From Chrysomallon squamiferum (lineage: Eukaryota > Animalia > Mollusca): a DNA stretch of 64,000 bases. A program made the position numbers and the translations under genes. The first letter of the stretch is position 1, and each line of letters opens with the position of its first letter. The stretch is taken from the NCBI GenBank assembly GCA_012295275.1, contig CM022665.1, positions 32,426,001-32,490,000 on the forward strand, written 5' to 3'. Below, in pieces: positions 59,201 through 64,000 of the stretch. The notes beneath the pieces were generated by a model that was not told where the DNA came from, did no database searches, and was given only the letters and a program-made list of their open reading frames with translations.

Positions 59201-61831
59201 ATGACAAATGTAAAAAACTGCTGGCAGAACACATATTACTGTTGAAATTAACAACACTGGTGCTACCTCTCCCTTCCTATGTGTGCAATTAAATCGTTGA
59301 CTCCATATTATTCTTGAATAATTCATCTGGAACAGAGGATACTACTTTAAGATTTAACACATCTTGTATCATGATTACAAACATAACACAAAAATAGAGA
59401 TAACTAAATTTGATGTCCTCTTATTTTTATATAATCTGTCTGAAAATGGTAACAGTTAAAGTAGATGATCAAACTGAAATTTAAAAAATGACCATTGAAA
59501 ATGCAGATATATTAATTTTTATAATCAAAATAATTAGACACAATGTTATTGTCCAACAATTTTTTTTTATGTTAACAGATCACTAACTGTTACTTTTTTC
59601 TTTTTTCACAATTCGCAAATTATGTAAAAAATAGTAAAATTAAAGAAATGCTAAATTAATTAAACAGCTATGACTGAATTATTTGTTCAAACCTACCATA
59701 TCAACAACATCCATACATGCATGATTCATTGTTGAATCCTGTACAGACTTGAAGTGTTTGTTCAAAGATCTGTAATGTTTTCTGCATTTATCACATACTG
59801 ACACATTCTTCATCACATCTATATCTGGATCCTTGTATAAAATAATATAAATAATGACATGAATATAGGATCTTTAAATATTCAATAGAATTACTACTAC
59901 TAAAAGTGTAAAATATTATAATTAGAAAACCAGTTATTTAAAACTGCAAGAAATATCAATGCATGTGTATTTTTTCTTTTAGTAAATGATTTTCTCATTG
60001 TATATGCTTACCTTCTGAAGAAACTAGTATGTGACTCAGGATAAAACTAACACCAACCCCAGTCTTTATGGCACAAAATAGTGGGTAAATATTAACTTCA
60101 TTACTGACAGGATATTTATCAGTTTATAGTAACAATCAATATATTTTTTTTTCCCTTGAAAAATTCACAAATTCAGAATATTTTTCAACATTTACCAACC
60201 CAAAGATCAATTTATGTTTCTAGGTATATTACATGGCCTATTATAAATGAAATAATTATATTTATTAACAAACAACAATGTCTGATGTTTTCTATGGAGA
60301 AGGTGTTATATGTACTTAAACAAATACAACTGTGAAAACAAGATGTCACTAACTTTCAACTTAGTTGTGTTAGTATCAATTTATATTTTAATATCATTAA
60401 TTGTATGTGTGTGTGTATCTAAATGCTAAGTGGAACTAGAAACAGTTTTTTTCATGTTACCTCAATGGTGTCATTCAAACATTTAGACAGTTCACGATAC
60501 AGACGCCGGAATTCTTCTGTACTATTATTCAAAGTCACATTTACTGTTCCATTTTTAGGATCCTCAGTGACAGATGAAAAACAGTCTAAAAATATATTAC
60601 ATAAATTAACATGTTAATATTACCGAACTAATCATGAGCAATTAAGAAATATAAATATTATGGCATAATAGCTAAGGTTAACAAATTTAATGAACATTTA
60701 TTAAGACCCATACAAAATAAGGTTTTTATTTTAAGTACATTATTATTATCATTATTATTACCACAGATTGATACCTAATAACTAATTTATATTTTATGCT
60801 GAAGTGTAATTAAATAACCCCTCAATTAATGAATAACAGAATGACCCAATTAAACAATTTGTCAAGTAGACTAATTTTTATTCTGTTTTATGAGATAAAC
60901 ATGAATATCGCTCTTTCCGTAATTAACGTCATGTTAGAAATAAACATTAGTGTTCATCTTCAATTTTAAACATATAAGTAATTTATAAAATGAACATTTA
61001 AATGAAGTGTATATGATTATTTATTAAAAAATTAATTCAAAATAGAAAAATATTTGAAAAGTTCTTTTATTACTTTGACAGTCAGATGTTCTCCATACTG
61101 ACTTCATGTGATCATTGAGAAGTCGAATAACTTGTACTCTATCTGCACTGAGAAGTCGTTTGAAACATGGATTAGATTCATCATTCTGTATAGCAACAGA
61201 AAACATCATTAGATGAATATACACCCTTACGACATTACTGTGTATGCATTTTTGTAAAATATTTTTTTTTGGTTATATTTGAAAATAGCCAACAATTTAT
61301 AAATGTAATTTTATATGATTATTAAGTTCTTCAAAAATTAATCACTAATTGAAATAACTGTATATTTATGGTCAAACAGGAACAGAGAACAAAATACATC
61401 GTTTAGTTTATATTTTTGAAGCATCGTTCTTTTATCAAAATATTTAATACTTATTAAAACATATGTATTTAAACACACAAAAATATCTGTAGAATTCTAG
61501 CTATAATAATAAATCTTACCAAATCCTGAAATACTGTTGAGGCCTTCTTGAAAGACTCTACACATGTTTCACAAAGTCTAAACGGTCGAGCATTTTGCAC
61601 CAAACACCTAGTAAACACCGACGAGTGATCAGCATATGCATTCAGAAAAGCTGCACAAGGTTTCTTTACTGTTTCATTTATAGGCCAGCTATAATTCCAT
61701 ACATAATCAGGAGATACCATTACGTTATCTTTCATTTCATAGATCGACTGTATATAATTTGAAGCTTCAAATCCACGCAAGTTTACAATGCAGATAAGAA
61801 GTAATAAATACATATTAACAATCCAGTACAT
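56281..61831 (-). CDS. OSTM1: Osteopetrosis-associated transmembrane protein 1 (ClC-7 beta subunit), ~313 aa. Exons 61831-61520, 61185-61074, 60585-60461, 59831-59697, 59326-59161, 56372-56281
   Basis: Signal peptide, then FTRCLVQNARPFRLCETC, CFKRLLSADRVQVI..VWRTSDCQNCF, VCDKCRKHYRSLN..CMDVVDMMNYSRIIWSQRFNC, TM VLLISTVICVLPAVFYI and a basic tail. Phases consistent (942 nt). An acceptor 2 nt before the ATG implies a 5'UTR exon (probable donor ~62296). Confidence 0.93.
56644..58837 (+). mobile_element. Rearranged non-autonomous long-TIR DNA transposon, Sola2-like, in the last OSTM1 intron
   Basis: GGG...CCC termini in ATAT context. ~460-bp TIR: 56807-~57272 versus 57950-58236 plus 58658-58837. 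Decayed coding remnants KKCCDPLNRHP, FTIERTMNEFETMNYLVKKSHAVKKEKGILS, FYESDENNRMCLGMKDTVSI* and NYVCCLYDSEAWVGLAEDISEE..FHWPNKEDTCWI, recalled as typical of this transposase group. The superfamily call is from memory. Confidence 0.8.
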
Positions 61832-61995
61832 TGCTATTTTAAATGATATACTGTTCCAAGATAATTAATTCATAAATGGCTGCTGTTTAAGAAAAACTAA
61901 AAAGAACAGGAAATATTTATTTTTATTTTCTTCTTGAATCTCTTCCTTATCACTATCAGTATCACTATCAATGATTCGAGTGAGATATTTGCTAA

Positions 61996-62046
<51 letters not shown>

Positions 62047-62199
62047 CAAAAATCTAATTTTTAAGATAAATACTGTGAAACATAGTGAACTAGCAGTTCA
62101 CATCGATAGTTTTCCGCGGTATTTTAGATGATAATTAATCGTTAAGCAAGACGAAGTCAATGGCAAAGTGAAAGTGTCAAGTTTGAAGTTAAGTTGCGA

Positions 62200-62507
62200 A
62201 TTCTAACTATTCACGTGCAAAGTTAATGAGGTTAAAAAATATGCGAGGGGTTACTTTTAGCTTATCAGATAACTAAATTTTCTCTTTTTTTCTCACCACC
62301 ATATCCTAACAAACAAACCCCCACAATATAAAAAGGTCAAAGCTCATCAAAGCAACTGGTTGAAGAGAGATCTCTAAATCACCGGAAGTGAAATTAAAGT
62401 AGGAAAATGTCACGTGTAGTCTCCGTCAGATGAAGAGTCTTCAACGATAACAGATCTTGCTCGAACGAGACTACTCGCTGTAGGATTTCTTTTTGGGGGA
62501 TGTAAAA
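62200..62507. promoter_or_regulatory. Compact bidirectional promoter between OSTM1 and the downstream gene
   Basis: ACCGGAAGTG (ETS/GABP consensus) 62381-62390, GTCACGTG 62409-62416 and TCACGTG 62211-62217. CpG-containing region between the putative OSTM1 5'UTR exon and ATG 62508. Confidence 0.6.
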
Positions 62508-63844
62508 ATGAATTCAACTTTGAAATGTGTGTGTTTTCTTCGAATGTTTTCCAAATACAGCAGGTATGAGGTCTAAGAGACAACATCTGTGTTACTGCAT
62601 TTCTTTTATTTTTACAAAGTAACTTAGTCGGAAATTGCAGAAAATGGATGATGTCAATGTCACGTTTTCACCTGACAGTGACATCTTTGACTTAAACTTT
62701 AAGTTAAGCTTTTAAAGAATTATTCTAATAATAAACGGTTACATACATTATCATTACAATGATTATGATTATAACTGTTAAATAATAAAAGATGTGTTTT
62801 TAATATCTGTGAAGTAATATCAAGATAATTAAATTCCACAACAACTATGAGTACTTTCTTAGTATTAAATTATACATGACTTTTAATTGTGTTCTTTGAT
62901 AATGCACCTAGTGGTGCATGTTGCTACGTACAACAGATGAATGGTCCAGTTACATATTACGATCAATTTTTTTTTTTGGGGGGGGTGATAGTAAATAATT
63001 AGGCCTACACGAAAATAACAAGCTTGTGAGTCTGTGAAGATACCAGTAGGCAATTGAAAATATTTCATTATTTCGGCTAATATCACAAAATCATGAACTG
63101 AAAATATAAACAATAAAACTAATAAATAAATAAATTGGTAAGTTTTTTTATATATAGAAAATAATGTCACAACAAACAAAAAATTGACAGTGATGGCCTC
63201 CAAAATGTGTTTATAACCAAAGGTTGTTATTGTGATTATATTTGGAATAACAATAAGATTAGTTGTGATTAATAATCTTTAATCAAAGGATGCTTTTGGT
63301 ATAAAATGATTTCCCCAAATAGGCAAACAGCATTCTTGTTTGAATACATATAATATTATATACTTTGGTATATACATTTCATTTATGTGAATTTTTTTAA
63401 ACATCATCAGTCCTTCCTTGTTGTACATAAAGGGTATGGCAACTTCATCTAGTAGAAAATGGAATTTACCTGTGAAGAGATGACTCAACTCCTTTCCTTC
63501 GTTTTATTGAACCATTACAATATGTTATTTATGTCAGTTACTTTCATTAAGAAAATATTTTGAGATGATTTAACTTTATTAATATTTTTTTAAATATTTC
63601 AATATTTTTATTTTATTTTTACAGTTAATATCAATGCTTAAAGAAGTAATAGATGAATAATAATTCATTAAGAGTGAAATACTTCTAAGATATTATTAAA
63701 TGAAAAAAAATGTCACATTTTTAATTATTGCAGGTTACATGGAGGGCCAATAATTAACAGTAGACATATTGTTCGCCACATAATGTCAACCTCACAAGTC
63801 TGGAAATCAGATTCATCTAAGAAAAGCAGGGATACAGATCAAAG
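62508..63844 (+). CDS. First two coding exons (62508-62563, 63734-63844) of an unidentified, probably mitochondrially targeted protein; continues beyond the window
   Basis: MNSTLKCVCFLRMFSKYSR|LHGGPIINSRHIVRHIMSTSQVWKSDSSKKSRDTDQ. Phase-compatible GT-AG intron. The N-terminus is Arg/Ser-rich and acid-free, like a presequence. Confidence 0.65.
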
Positions 63845-64000
63845 GTGACTTTTCCAAGTGTATTTTCATATTATATATTCATATTCACAGGAAACAGCCC
63901 TGAACATTTGTCACCTCCCAAAATATTAGTACATGTATGCATATAAATGAATATCTATTAAAGACTGTTGATTTTAATAGAATTATCAAAAAATTAAAAG

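Overview
AT-rich, intron-rich animal genomic DNA, not prokaryotic. The gene content and repeats suggest a mollusc, probably a gastropod (inference). Most ORF-track entries are microsatellite artefacts or single exons. Manual splicing gives, in order: the terminal exon of an unidentified gene (+); a 5-exon ~390-aa type-I membrane protein with Cys-rich and CUB-like ectodomains (+); an 8-exon 2OG-Fe(II) dioxygenase (-); AIF1 (-, 151 aa); CLYBL (+); ~30-exon SYCP1 (+); OSTM1 (-); and the first two exons of a probable mitochondrial protein (+) head-to-head with OSTM1. Mobile remnants include an RNase H-bearing LINE 3' end, a MULE derivative, a hAT non-autonomous element, a pogo/Tigger-like MITE and a rearranged long-TIR Sola2-like element. 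The best leads are a cluster of small antisense exons with a candidate intronic H/ACA RNA inside the largest SYCP1 intron, an inverted copy of flanking DNA inside the Sola2-like end, and a 150-bp inverted repeat in AIF1 intron 1. All assignments are by eye; no searches were run.
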